A stretch of 64,000 bases of DNA, from NCBI GenBank assembly GCA_963733945.1, contig CAVTFD010000015.1:26728-90727 (forward strand). The letters are read 5' to 3'. This document shows positions 30,663 through 40,132 of this stretch, one piece after another; position 1 is the first letter of the stretch, and every line of letters starts with the position of its first letter. The translations under genes and the position numbers were made by a program. This DNA is from an uncultured Alphaproteobacteria bacterium. GTDB taxonomy: Bacteria; Pseudomonadota; Alphaproteobacteria; ATCC43930; CGMCC-115725. The notes below the pieces were generated by a model. It did no database searches. It worked only from the letters and a program-made list of their open reading frames with translations, and was not told the origin of the DNA.

Positions 30663-30995
30663 ATGGCATGGCCTTTGGTCGCGGCCCTCGGTCTTATGGT
30701 CATACTGTTAATTGCGCTGTACAGACGCGCCCTCAATGACACCCAACATATGTTCTCGCTGCTTATCTTAGTGTTGCTCGACGATAGCGTGCACACTGCG
30801 CGCAAGACCGACCTAATCAATTTCGTGATGAGTAACAAGACCCAAAATGCAAGCCAACTTTCCAGTGAGGTCTATAACTCCCTGTGCAATGTTGCAAACA
30901 GATTAGCTCGCACTTCAGTACTTGGTGCGCATGCCTATTTGTGGAACCTCAAAACGGCGATAGCTCCGAACGCATCGCCGCCGCCAGCTTCCTAG
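30663..30995 (+). CDS. hypothetical small membrane-anchored protein (110 aa)
   Basis: GGGAAGG lies upstream of the ATG. N-terminal TM helix MAWPLVAALGLMVILLIALY. Low-GC codon usage. No known motif. Confidence 0.35.
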   Translation: MAWPLVAALGLMVILLIALYRRALNDTQHMFSLLILVLLDDSVHTARKTDLINFVMSNKTQNASQLSSEVYNSLCNVANRLARTSVLGAHAYLWNLKTAIAPNASPPPAS

Positions 30996-31008
30996 AGAAT
31001 TCGTCACA

Positions 31009-31257
31009 TTACCGAGTGGCGAACAAGTATACACCAGAGATCACGGCTCCCAATATGGAGCCAGTCAAAAAAGTTGCCCATAACGTGACCAAAAGCGTTT
31101 TTAGAAATAGCTTTTGTCGAAACTCGTCGAGGTCTGCTTCTGTCGCTCCGTGTGCGATTAGTCGCCGAACGACAGATGCTTGGTGGCGCATAATATACGT
31201 CAGGACTGTGATGAGTGTAACTACATAGCAAGTGCCGAACATCAGAATGTATGGCAT
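31009..31257 (-). CDS. hypothetical 2-TM membrane protein (82 aa)
   Basis: AGGGGGA Shine-Dalgarno about 9 nt upstream of the ATG at 31257. Two hydrophobic helices (ILMFGTCYVVTLITVLTYI and LLVTLWATFLTGSILGAVISGVYLF) flank a charged helix. Convergent with the 30663 ORF. Confidence 0.4.
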   Translation of the reverse strand: MPYILMFGTCYVVTLITVLTYIMRHQASVVRRLIAHGATEADLDEFRQKLFLKTLLVTLWATFLTGSILGAVISGVYLFATR

Positions 31258-31304
31258 ACCGGAGCATCCCCCTGTTACCCATCCTCCCTGTCACCGATTA
31301 TTAT

Positions 31305-31670
31305 AAGGCGAGCGACCGCCTCGCGCGCAGCACCTTCGACCTGTTCGCAATCGTCAAGAAAATCGTGGACGCCGAGGCACAATTCCGCTCACTGGCCGAG
31401 CCGTGGGCCGACACCGGCACCAGCACCGGACGGCTGATGATCGCCGTGCTCGGCGGCATCGCCGACGTGGAGCGCGATCTTATCCGCACCCGCACCGCCG
31501 AGGGCCGCAGCCGGGCACAGAAGCGCGGTCAGCACATGGGCCGACCCTCGAAACTGACTGACGCGCAGAAGGCTGAAGCACGGCGGCGGCGAGTAGAAGG
31601 CGCAACGCTTGCCGAACTCGTCCGCTGCTACGACGTAGGAAAGAGCACGATTTCACGGCTCACATCCTGA
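31305..31670 (+). pseudogene. serine recombinase (resolvase/invertase) fragment lacking the N-terminal catalytic region
   Basis: DRLARSTFDLFAIVKKI...FRSLAEPWADTGTSTGRLMIAVLGGIADVERDLIRTRTAEGR...GRPSKLTDAQ...LAELVRCYDVGKSTISRL corresponds to resolvase residues from about 65 to the C-terminal HTH. The catalytic Ser region is absent. GC content switches at about 31300. Confidence 0.75.
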
Positions 31671-31733
31671 GAGCATTATCATTCGCTTTCAATGGCATAT
31701 CGTGAAACAACCGAGTGAAGAGATACCTCCAGC

Positions 31734-32792
31734 ATGCGCGATATTAGGAAAAGACCATTTCGAAGTCCGCCACAGTGGATACCGGTTGAACTTTCCGGGA
31801 AGCGGGTTCTGTGCGCGAAATGCTTGACTTCGACACCTATCCCGTGGGTCGAGAAGCAAAAATTCCCCACGCAACCAGTTGCACCGAACGCAGGTGGAGG
31901 TCATTGGGTTCCCGTATCGATCTCAGTTGCATGCGCACGGTGTACCGAAATTTCTCTTGTTCCGGTTCCGCGTCTACCTACTGAAGGCAGGTGGTCTCTA
32001 TATGGGGACGAAGCTGCCCGTCAGATTAAAAACCCCGATCGGCATTTTTTTTGTATTACCCTAGTGGGACTCCACCGCGATAAACGAGAGGTCGTGGAAA
32101 CCGAAATCACAACTCTCAAATCTAATATTCGACCAGATCGTGATCCATCGACATGGGCATTGCATTTTACCGAACTCTGGAGTGATCGAGAAGAGAAGTT
32201 TTCGTTTGGCTCAACACACGATAAGATAGTTTTTGCTAACGATTTTTCCAATCTTATTCACAAGGCAAGACCAGAACTATTCACTATGAACGTGTCTTCG
32301 GTAATAGAAGTTCCAACAATAAAAAATGAGAGGACGCGACGCATAAGAAAATTACATCAAGATGTATTCACCTTATCTCTATTGAGCTCATTACAACAAT
32401 TTAGAGAGCGGAAGCTCGCCCCGTCTTGGATATTTGATAGTATCCGAGATACGACTGGTGGCGAGCGGACTGAAGGTTGGGCCGAAGAGGTATTTTTGGG
32501 ACTACAATACACCCCTCTGTTTACGTGGCTTTCGGCTGGAGCAACGATCCTCGCTCCACAATTTGCCAAACCGGGATCGCACTTTTTAGCTGAGATAGCT
32601 GATTTTATAAGCTACGGTGTGGCAAGAGAATTCCAGAAAAAGGTCGAAAACACCGAACCAGAATTTTCGACCAGTGGGTTTGGCATGGGATTTTATCAAT
32701 CAATACGCCCGGATGGTTCGGTTGACTTCGAATGGTCGAATGGCCTTCCCTTTGCCGGATTTTATAGTGAATCCCGACGTGGGCGGTCTTGA
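31734..32792 (+). CDS. Zn-ribbon plus DUF3800-like protein (function unknown)
   Basis: 352 aa, low GC. N-terminal CxxC pairs (LCAKCL ... VACARCT). The rest shows three blocks resembling DUF3800: SLYGDEAAR plus FFCITLVGL, ALHFTELW, and C-terminal SHFLAEIADFISYGVAR. Assigned by motif resemblance only. Confidence 0.55.
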   Translation: MRDIRKRPFRSPPQWIPVELSGKRVLCAKCLTSTPIPWVEKQKFPTQPVAPNAGGGHWVPVSISVACARCTEISLVPVPRLPTEGRWSLYGDEAARQIKNPDRHFFCITLVGLHRDKREVVETEITTLKSNIRPDRDPSTWALHFTELWSDREEKFSFGSTHDKIVFANDFSNLIHKARPELFTMNVSSVIEVPTIKNERTRRIRKLHQDVFTLSLLSSLQQFRERKLAPSWIFDSIRDTTGGERTEGWAEEVFLGLQYTPLFTWLSAGATILAPQFAKPGSHFLAEIADFISYGVAREFQKKVENTEPEFSTSGFGMGFYQSIRPDGSVDFEWSNGLPFAGFYSESRRGRS

Positions 32793-32945
32793 CAGTTTTC
32801 TCGACGACCGAGCCACGAATTTCATAATCAGGGATATGCGGCAAACAACCGGTTCGCCTTTGGTGCTGGTCGATTAGATAGTGCCGAACAGGCACGAAAC
32901 CGGGCAAGAGTTCGGCACGGCGCACGATCCGAGGAGGATGTCACG

Positions 32946-33789
32946 ATGCCCGAGACGCCGATGCTGTCGCGCCCGATCCCGTCGACCGGCGAGTTGATGC
33001 CGGTGATCGGCCTCGGCACCTGGCCGGTGTTCGATGTCGGCGCCGGCGAAAGCGCGCGGCGGCCGCTGCGCGAAGTCGTTCGCCTGCTGCTCGATGCGGG
33101 CGCGAAGATGATCGATAGCTCGCCGATGTATGGCCGGGCGGAGGCGGTGACCGGTGATCTGCTCGCCGATTTGCAGGCGAGGCCGCGCGCCTTTCTCGCG
33201 ACCAAGGTGTGGACGACAGGTCGCGAGCGCGGCATCGAGCAAATGCGGCGCTCGGCGGCGCTGCTGCGCAGCGAGGTCGTCGATTTGATGCAGATCCACA
33301 ACCTCGTCGATTGGCGCACCCATCTGGCGACGCTTGCGGCGGATGAAGGAGGCGGGAGGCATCCGCTATATCGGCATCACCCACTACACCGACCGGGCGC
33401 TTTCCGAACTCGCCCATATCCTCGAAACCGAGCCCGGCATCGACTTTGTGCAATGCGGCTATTCGCTGGCGGCGCGAGCGGCCGAGCGCGAATTGCTGCC
33501 GGTGGCGGCGGCGCGCGGGGTCGCGGTCATCGTCAACCAGCCGCTCGGGCAAGGCGGCCTGTTGCGCCGGGTGCGCGGCCAAGTCCTCCCCGACTGGGCC
33601 CGAGAATTCGACTGCACAAGCTGGGCGCAGCTGCTCCTCAAATATGTTCTGGCCGAGCCTACGATCACCTGCGTGATCCCGGCGACGCGCAACCCCGAGC
33701 ACATGCAGGAAAACCTCGGTGCCGGGCTCGGCCAGCTACCGGATGAAAAACAGCGGCAACGGATTCGGGCGTTGTGGGACGCAGTCTAG
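32946..33789 (+). pseudogene. aldo/keto reductase, split by an apparent +1 frameshift
   Basis: Frame 1 reads VIGLGTWPVFD...IDSSPMYGRAE...LATKVWT...VDLMQIHNLVDWRTHLATL. Frame 2 (track 33334..33789) continues RRMKEAGGIRYIGITHY...VIVNQPLGQGGLL...VIPATRNPEHMQENL. The junction is at about 33330-33337. Confidence 0.85.
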
Positions 33790-33925
33790 CATCCGCGATA
33801 AAGGTCGACGCAGCCCTCTGCCCTTGCGAAGATCGCGGTGTCAGCGCGGTTCTGGAGCGATGCAAATGGATTTATTGGCGGTCCGCTGCGGTCTTGGACC
33901 AGCTCAGCCGATGGCGGCGTAGGCA

Positions 33926-34837
33926 ATGGCATCGCCACTGCCCGCGCTCAATCTCGTGGCCGCACCCGGGCGGCGGCGAGCTACCCTCGACCTTGCCCGC
34001 GAGATCGAGCGCCGCGGATTTACCGGCATCTCGATATCGAGCCAGTACAGCAACATGTCGCAGTGCCTGGGTCTAGCCTTCGCCACCGAGCGTATCCCTT
34101 TCGCTACCGCGATTGCTCCAATCTACGCCGCGACCGCCGAGGAATTTGCCAACAATGCCGCTTATCTGCACGAGGTCTCGGGCGGCCGTTTCCAGTTCGG
34201 CATCGGGGTCGCTCATGCGCCCGCGCTTCAGCGCATGGGGGTGACGCCGGGCAAGCCGCTCGCCGACATCCGCGCCTTTGTTGCAAAGATCCGCTCCTAT
34301 GAAGGGATCGGCGCGTTGCCGCCGATCATTCTCGCCGCATTGCGCAAGCGCATGGTCGCGCTGGCGGCCGAGATTGCCGATGGCCTGGTCTTTGCCAACG
34401 CCAGCCGCTCGCATCTCGCGGCATCGCTGTCGGTTCTGCCCGCGGCCAAACGCGCCGATCCGGACTTCTTCATCGGCAACCGCATCCGCACCTGCGTCTG
34501 CGACGACGAGGCCGAGGCCAAGGCGGTATTGCGGCGCGCGGTCACGAATTACGCGCTGATGCCGAATTACCGCAATTACTGGAAGGAAGCGGGTTACATC
34601 GAGGAAATGACGGCGATCGAGAACGCCGTCGCCAGCGGGCAGACCGACGAAATCGGCAAATACCTGCCCGACCGCTGGCTTGCCGATATCGCGTTATTCG
34701 GACCTGCCGCGAAAATCCGAGAGGGCGTCGAGGCGTGGCGCGACGCCGGCATCCGGACGCCGGTGCTGGTGCCGCTCTCAGCCGACGGCGATCCGGCGAC
34801 CGCGATCCGCGACGTGTTCGCCGCCTTCGCCGACTGA
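33926..34837 (+). CDS. LLM-class (luciferase-like) flavin/F420-dependent oxidoreductase
   Basis: 303 aa. GGRFQFGIGVAH, ILAALRKRMVALAAEIADG and a C-terminal TIM-barrel pattern typical of LLM oxidoreductases. Confidence 0.8.
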   Translation: MASPLPALNLVAAPGRRRATLDLAREIERRGFTGISISSQYSNMSQCLGLAFATERIPFATAIAPIYAATAEEFANNAAYLHEVSGGRFQFGIGVAHAPALQRMGVTPGKPLADIRAFVAKIRSYEGIGALPPIILAALRKRMVALAAEIADGLVFANASRSHLAASLSVLPAAKRADPDFFIGNRIRTCVCDDEAEAKAVLRRAVTNYALMPNYRNYWKEAGYIEEMTAIENAVASGQTDEIGKYLPDRWLADIALFGPAAKIREGVEAWRDAGIRTPVLVPLSADGDPATAIRDVFAAFAD

Positions 34838-34860
34838 ACTCGCACAGAAGGGATACGCTC

Positions 34861-35757
34861 ATGCAACTCGGATGCTCATTGCCGGTCGGGGATATCGGCA
34901 CCGGTCCCTCGGTGCTGCGCGACTATGCCCAGGCAGCAGAGGGGTTGGGCTATGCCCACCTGGTAGCGCCAGACCATGTGCTCGGCGTCAATCCGGCCGC
35001 GGATCATGAGGGCAGGCGCGTCGGAACGACAGCCACCGCCTATCACGATCCGTTCGTGCTGTTCGGTTTTTTGTCGGGCTGCACGCAACGGATCGGCTTT
35101 GCCGTCGGCGTCTTGATCCTGGCGCAGCGGCAAGCTGTGCTGGTGGCGAAACAGGCGGCTTCGCTCGATGTGCTGTGCGGCGGCCGGTTCCGGCTTGGGA
35201 TCGGGGTCGGCTGGAACGAGGTCGAATTCATCGGCCTAAACGAGAATTTTCATAACCGCGGCCGCCGCTCGGCCGAGCAGGTGCGGGTCATGCAGGCCTT
35301 GTGGGCTGAGCCGCATGTCCGCTTCGACGGCGAGTTCCACCATATCGACGATGCCGGCATCAACCCGCGCCCGGCCTCTGGGCGCGTGCCGATCTGGTAT
35401 GGTGGGCATGCCGAGGTGACTTTTCGGCGGTGCGCGAGGTACGGCGACGGCTTCATGCCGCTGGCTTACCCGCCGGGCGACGCAGCGCTCGCGGCGTTCG
35501 AGAAGCTGCGCGGGCTGACCCGGGAGGCTGGCCGCGACCCGGCCGCGATGGGGATCGAAGTCTGGGTCTCTCTCGGCGCCGGCGGCCCCGAGGATTGGCG
35601 GCGTGAGGTCATGTTCTGGAAAAACGCCGGGGTCACCCACCTGACCGCGCACACGACCTATGCCAGCAATCACCACAAGCGCATCGCCGGACATAGTGCC
35701 GCCGAGCATTTGGCGGCGATCACCCGATACCGGGAGACGGTGGCGGATTTGCTGTAG
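34861..35757 (+). CDS. LLM-class F420-dependent oxidoreductase-like protein
   Basis: The ATG at 34861 gives MQLGCSLPV... Motifs AQRQAVLVAKQAASLDVLCGGRFRLGIGVGWNEVEF and PIWYGGH. The track ORF starts upstream (34735) and overlaps the previous gene. Confidence 0.8.
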   Translation: MQLGCSLPVGDIGTGPSVLRDYAQAAEGLGYAHLVAPDHVLGVNPAADHEGRRVGTTATAYHDPFVLFGFLSGCTQRIGFAVGVLILAQRQAVLVAKQAASLDVLCGGRFRLGIGVGWNEVEFIGLNENFHNRGRRSAEQVRVMQALWAEPHVRFDGEFHHIDDAGINPRPASGRVPIWYGGHAEVTFRRCARYGDGFMPLAYPPGDAALAAFEKLRGLTREAGRDPAAMGIEVWVSLGAGGPEDWRREVMFWKNAGVTHLTAHTTYASNHHKRIAGHSAAEHLAAITRYRETVADLL

Positions 35758-35793
35758 ACCCCGATCGGTGGTGAACAGGCGCAGGAGAATCAG

Positions 35794-36678
35794 ATGAGCG
35801 ATCCAGAGATCGGCGCGTTACGCGTCAAGCTGGCGAGCAGACCGCGCTCCGACGATTACCGGCAGCGGCGCAAAGACATCGATGCGCGCGGCTTGGCCTA
35901 TGGGCTCGCCGCCGATGTCGGGGTCGAGCTGGTGACGGCGAACGGCGTGCGAGCAGAGTGGACCACGACCCCCAAAGACGCCCGCGACGCCGCGCTGCTC
36001 TACCTGCATGGCGGCGGTTATGTGATCGGTTCCCTCGACAGCCACCGCCATCTGGCCGCCGAGGCCGGCCGGGCTGCGGGGATCGCGGCATTGGCGCTGG
36101 ACTATCGTCTGGCGCCCGAGGACCCGTTCCCGGCCGCGGTCGACGACGCGCTCGCCGGCTACCGTTTTCTGCTGGGCCGAGGCATTTCACCAGGACGCGT
36201 CGCGCTCGCCGGCGACAGCGCCGGCGGCGGTCTGGTGGTCGCGGCGATGCTGGCGATCCGCGAAGCTGGCTTGCCGCAACCGGGCTGCGGTTGGTGCATC
36301 TCGCCCTGGGTCGACATGGAAGCGATCGGCGAGACGATGACGAGCAAGGCTGCGGCCGACCCGACCGTGCAGCGCGCCGGCCTCTTGGACATGGCCAAGA
36401 TGTATTTGAGCAGCGCCGATCCGCGCTCGCCGCTGGCCGCGCCGATCTACGGCAATCTTTCGGGCCTCGCCCCGCTGATGATTCAGGTCGGCGGCTGCGA
36501 GACTCTGCTCGACGACGCGCTGCGTCTTGCCAAAATCGGCGGCGCTGCCGACGTGCGGGTCGATCTGCAGATCTGGCCCGAGATGATCCATGTCTGGCAC
36601 CTGTTTCATCCCGAGCTGAACGCCGGCCGGCAAGCGATCGAAGCGGGCGGGTCTTACGTGCGCGCGATGATCCGCTGA
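35794..36678 (+). CDS. alpha/beta hydrolase, HSL-type esterase/lipase
   Basis: LYLHGGGYVIGS (HGGG oxyanion motif), GDSAGGGL (GxSxG), and a C-terminal IHVWH. Confidence 0.85.
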   Translation: MSDPEIGALRVKLASRPRSDDYRQRRKDIDARGLAYGLAADVGVELVTANGVRAEWTTTPKDARDAALLYLHGGGYVIGSLDSHRHLAAEAGRAAGIAALALDYRLAPEDPFPAAVDDALAGYRFLLGRGISPGRVALAGDSAGGGLVVAAMLAIREAGLPQPGCGWCISPWVDMEAIGETMTSKAAADPTVQRAGLLDMAKMYLSSADPRSPLAAPIYGNLSGLAPLMIQVGGCETLLDDALRLAKIGGAADVRVDLQIWPEMIHVWHLFHPELNAGRQAIEAGGSYVRAMIR

Positions 36679-36724
36679 GGCTTCAGTCCTAGTTCAGAAG
36701 TGACTATCCACCTTTGGCTCGGAC

Positions 36725-37231
36725 CTAGAGGGGTCCGCGCTCCGGCTCCGGTTCGCCCGAATCATCCTCTCCGGCCGCGGGCGGCTTCTCGCCCGGGTGA
36801 AACGCGAGGCACACCCCGTTCATGCAGTAACGCTGGCCGGTGGGCTGCGGGCCGTCATCGAAGACATGGCCCAAATGACTGCCGCAGCGGCTGCAATGGA
36901 CCTCGTTGCGAACCATGAAAAAGCTACGGTCGGTCTCGGTCTCGACCGCATCGGCGAGCGGCTCGAAAAAGCTCGGCCAACCGGTGCCGCTGTTGAATTT
37001 GGCATTCGCGCCGAACAGCGGCTGTCCGCAGCCCGCGCAGTGATAGATGCCGTCGCCGTATTCCTTGTCGAGCGGGCTTGAGCCGGCGCGCTCGGTGCCG
37101 TGTTCGCGCAGTACCTGGTATTGCGGAGCCGAGAGCTTGTTGCGCCACTCCGCCTCGCTCAGCTCGACGGCAAATTTTTTGTCTGCCGAATGCCGCTTTG
37201 CACCGAACCGACCCAACAGACCCCCAGCCAT
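36725..37231 (-). CDS. msrB: peptide-methionine (R)-S-oxide reductase
   Basis: GIYHCAGCGQPLF...GWPSFF...VHCSRCGSHLGHVFDDGP...RYCMN. Start at the ATG at 37231 (MAGGLLG). Acidic and Pro-rich C-terminal tail. Confidence 0.9.
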   Translation of the reverse strand: MAGGLLGRFGAKRHSADKKFAVELSEAEWRNKLSAPQYQVLREHGTERAGSSPLDKEYGDGIYHCAGCGQPLFGANAKFNSGTGWPSFFEPLADAVETETDRSFFMVRNEVHCSRCGSHLGHVFDDGPQPTGQRYCMNGVCLAFHPGEKPPAAGEDDSGEPEPERGPL

Positions 37232-37318
37232 GATGTCTCCTCTCTCGATTAGCGACCCACCGAGCCGGATATCGGAACGCAAAGAGCTTCGATTAAGAGG
37301 GGGGCGGGGCCAAAACGT

Positions 37319-37537
37319 TCAATGAATGCGTTCACCTCTGTCCGGAACCGGGCGCAACAATTCCGCGGTCGAACGGGCGATCCAACACCACACGACGCAG
37401 GTCAACTCATCGTCGCTCTTGCGCAGGCGCTGCGCTTCGCGCTGGGCGACGACGGCGGCGGCGGCGCCATGCCGGCGGACCAGAAGCAACGCGGCTTCCC
37501 AGATCTTGCGCTCGTTGGTCATCATCGTCATCACCAT
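37319..37537 (-). CDS. small hypothetical protein (~70 aa)
   Basis: MVMTMMTNERKIWEAALLLVRRHGAAAAVVAQREAQRLRKSDDELTCVVWCWIARSTAELL is a helical small protein resembling a conserved alphaproteobacterial small family, recalled from memory only. Start uncertain (37522-37537). Confidence 0.4.
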   Translation of the reverse strand: MVMTMMTNERKIWEAALLLVRRHGAAAAVVAQREAQRLRKSDDELTCVVWCWIARSTAELLRPVPDRGERIH

Positions 37538-37691
37538 AACGCCGGTGCTGCCCCACAGAGTTCCAGAAAATGCGCCGCTCGACCAGCCGGGCAATGCAAA
37601 CTTCCGGCGCCGCTCCAACATATAGTTGCCTGAGCCTTAATAGATACCGAATGCTGCTTGCGCCTGAGCTGTCCCACGTTATATTCGCGCC

Positions 37692-39689
37692 ATGCCAGAC
37701 CTTTTCGACGCCCCGATTGCAAAATCCGCCGACAGCTATTCGGCCAAGGACATCGAGGTTCTCGAAGGGTTGGAACCGGTCCGCCGTCGCCCCGGCATGT
37801 TTATCGGCGGCACCGACGAGCGCGGCCTGCATCACCTCGCCGCCGAGGTGCTCGACAATGCCATGGACGAGGCCGTGGCCGGCCATGCCACGCGCATCGA
37901 GATCGAGCTCGCGGCGGGCGATTGGGTCACGGTTCGCGACAACGGTCGCGGGATTCCGGTCGATCCGCATCCGCGCTTCCCAGACAAGTCCGCGCTCGAG
38001 ATCATCCTGACGACCTTGCATGCCGGCGGCAAGTTCGGCGGTGACGCCTATCGCACCGCGGGCGGCTTGCACGGCGTCGGCGTGTCGGTGGTCAACGCGC
38101 TCAGCGACGCGCTCGAAGTCGAGGTCGCTCGCGACCGGCGGCTGTGGCGCCAATCCTACAGCCGGGGCAAGCCCGGTGCCGGGCTGCAGGACGGCGGGCC
38201 GGTTCACAATCGGCGGGGCACGACCCTGCGATTTCATCCTGACCCCGAAATCTTTGGCGGTCTGGGATTTCGTCCCGCCGTGCTCTATCGCATGGCGCGG
38301 TCGAAGGCCTATCTGTTCCGCGGTCTCGAAATCCGCTGGAGCTGTGACCCCTCGCTGTCGCGTCCGGCCGACGTTCCGGCAGAGGCGCGGCTGCATTTCC
38401 CCGGCGGGCTCGGCGATTTCCTCGCCACCAGCCTCGACGGCCAGGCGATGTTGGCTCCGCGCCCATTCCTCGGCCAAGCCGATCTCGCCGAGGGTGGCAA
38501 GGTCGAATGGGCGGTTGCGTGGCCCGAGACCGAAGAGGCTGGTTTCAGCCATTCTTACTGCAACACCGTTCCGACCCCCGAGGGCGGGACCCACGAAGCC
38601 GGTCTGCGCAGCGCACTGTTGCGCGGGATCAAAAGCTATGGCGAGCTCGTCGGCCATCGTCGCGGCGCCCAGGCGACGGGGGAAGACGTGACCGGCGGGG
38701 CGGCGATGCTTTTGTCGCTGTTCATTCGAGATCCGCAGTTTCAGGGGCAGACCAAGGAGCGGCTCGCCTCGGCCGAGGCGGCGCGGCTGGTCGAGAACGC
38801 GGTCAAAGATCATTTCGATCACTGGCTCGGCGCCGACCCGGCGACGGCGCGGCTGCTGCTCGATCATATCGCCGAGCGCGCCGAGGAGCGCCAGCGGCGG
38901 CGCCAGCAGCGCGAGCTCGCGCGCAAAACCGCAACGCGCAAGCTGCGGCTGCCGGGCAAACTCGCCGACTGCACGCGCGACAGCGCCGCCGGTACGGAAA
39001 TTTTTCTGGTCGAGGGCGACAGTGCCGGCGGCTCGGCCAAGCAGGCGCGCGACCGCGAAACCCAGGCGATCCTGCCGCTGCGCGGCAAGATCCTCAACGT
39101 TGCCAGCGCCTCGGCCGACAAGATGCGGTCCAATCAGGAGATTGCCGATATTATCCAAGCGCTCGGCTGTGGCTCGAGCGCGCATTATCGCGAGGAGACT
39201 TTGCGCTACGAGCGCGTGATCATCATGACCGATGCCGATGTCGACGGCGCCCACATCGCCTCGCTGTTGATGACCTATTTCTTTCGCGAGATGCCGAAGC
39301 TGATTGAAAACGGTCATCTGTTTCTGGCGCTCCCGCCGCTTTATCGGCTGACCCAGGGCGAGGTCACCCTCTATGCTCGCGACGACCCCCATCGTGAGGA
39401 ATTGCTGCGCAGCGGCTTCAGCGGCCGCGGCAAGATCGAAGTCAGCCGTTTCAAGGGATTGGGCGAAATGCCGGCGCGCTACCTCAAGGCGACGACGATG
39501 GATCCGGCGCAGCGCACCTTGCTGCGGGTCAGTGTGAACTCGGAGGATGGCTCGGCAGAAATCGAGCCGGCGGCCGGGCCGGACCCGCGAACCGAGGTTC
39601 TGGTGGAGACCTTGATGGGCCGCCGCCCCGAGCTGCGCTTCGATTACATCCAGAAGAATGCCCGCTTCGTCCGCGACCTCGACGTATAA
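37692..39689 (+). CDS. parE: DNA topoisomerase IV subunit B
   Basis: 665 aa. [50 protein letters not shown] and [12 protein letters not shown]. The length and the absent GyrB insertion favour ParE over GyrB. Confidence 0.9.
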   Translation: MPDLFDAPIAKSADSYSAKDIEVLEGLEPVRRRPGMFIGGTDERGLHHLAAEVLDNAMDEAVAGHATRIEIELAAGDWVTVRDNGRGIPVDPHPRFPDKSALEIILTTLHAGGKFGGDAYRTAGGLHGVGVSVVNALSDALEVEVARDRRLWRQSYSRGKPGAGLQDGGPVHNRRGTTLRFHPDPEIFGGLGFRPAVLYRMARSKAYLFRGLEIRWSCDPSLSRPADVPAEARLHFPGGLGDFLATSLDGQAMLAPRPFLGQADLAEGGKVEWAVAWPETEEAGFSHSYCNTVPTPEGGTHEAGLRSALLRGIKSYGELVGHRRGAQATGEDVTGGAAMLLSLFIRDPQFQGQTKERLASAEAARLVENAVKDHFDHWLGADPATARLLLDHIAERAEERQRRRQQRELARKTATRKLRLPGKLADCTRDSAAGTEIFLVEGDSAGGSAKQARDRETQAILPLRGKILNVASASADKMRSNQEIADIIQALGCGSSAHYREETLRYERVIIMTDADVDGAHIASLLMTYFFREMPKLIENGHLFLALPPLYRLTQGEVTLYARDDPHREELLRSGFSGRGKIEVSRFKGLGEMPARYLKATTMDPAQRTLLRVSVNSEDGSAEIEPAAGPDPRTEVLVETLMGRRPELRFDYIQKNARFVRDLDV

Positions 39690-39865
39690 AGATTCCTTGC
39701 GCTGCGCCGGGAACCCGCTTACCTAAAATATGTCGACCCGTTTGGGTTCGGCTTCCCGGCCTTGCGTTCGTGTACGATCGTCCGACCGTGTCTCCCGAGC
39801 CAATCGATGTCCGATACGCTGTGCATCCGCGCAGCGGCCTATCTTGCTACTTGGAGTTACTGCTA

Positions 39866-40072
39866 ATGGCGACCGGTACGGTCAAATGGTTCAATGCGCA
39901 AAAGGGCTACGGCTTCATCCAGCCCGAAAACGGCGGCGCTGATGTGTTTGTCCACATCTCCGCTGTCGAGCGCGCGGGTATCGACAATCTGCGTGAAGGC
40001 CAAAAGCTCAGCTTTGAGCTCGAGCAAGGCCAGCGCGGCCGGGTCTCAGCGGTCAATCTGCGCCCGGTCTGA
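39866..40072 (+). CDS. cspA: cold-shock protein (CspA family)
   Basis: [34 protein letters not shown] carries the RNP1 and RNP2 motifs. Confidence 0.95.
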   Translation: MATGTVKWFNAQKGYGFIQPENGGADVFVHISAVERAGIDNLREGQKLSFELEQGQRGRVSAVNLRPV

Positions 40073-40088
40073 GGGAGGGCCAATAGTA

Positions 40089-40118
40089 CGGGGGTGCCGG
40101 AGCGCCCCCGTTTCTTTG
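40089..40118 (+). terminator. intrinsic terminator after cspA
   Basis: A 9-bp stem, CGGGGGTGC (40089-40097) paired with GCGCCCCCG (40102-40110), with loop CGGA, followed by TTTCTTTG. Confidence 0.75.
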
Positions 40119-40132
40119 TCTAGGAGACCTGG

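Larger units (their letters stand above)
30530..32880. mobile_element. low-GC horizontally acquired islet with recombinase remnant (degraded mobile element)
   Basis: Composition drops to roughly 40-48% G+C by eye (for example, 24 of 60 G+C in the line starting at 32281, against 45 of 60 at 33001). A GC-rich 5'-truncated resolvase fragment is embedded at 31305-31670. I could not identify terminal repeats or a tRNA target. Confidence 0.55.

Noticed and set aside
32881-32919. Perfect 9-bp inverted repeat GTGCCGAAC...GTTCGGCAC (21-nt spacer) at the right border of the islet.
   Set aside because: It could be an operator, a terminator or an element end. It has no U-tract, no matching copy at the left border and no supporting context. 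Recorded only as a coordinate.
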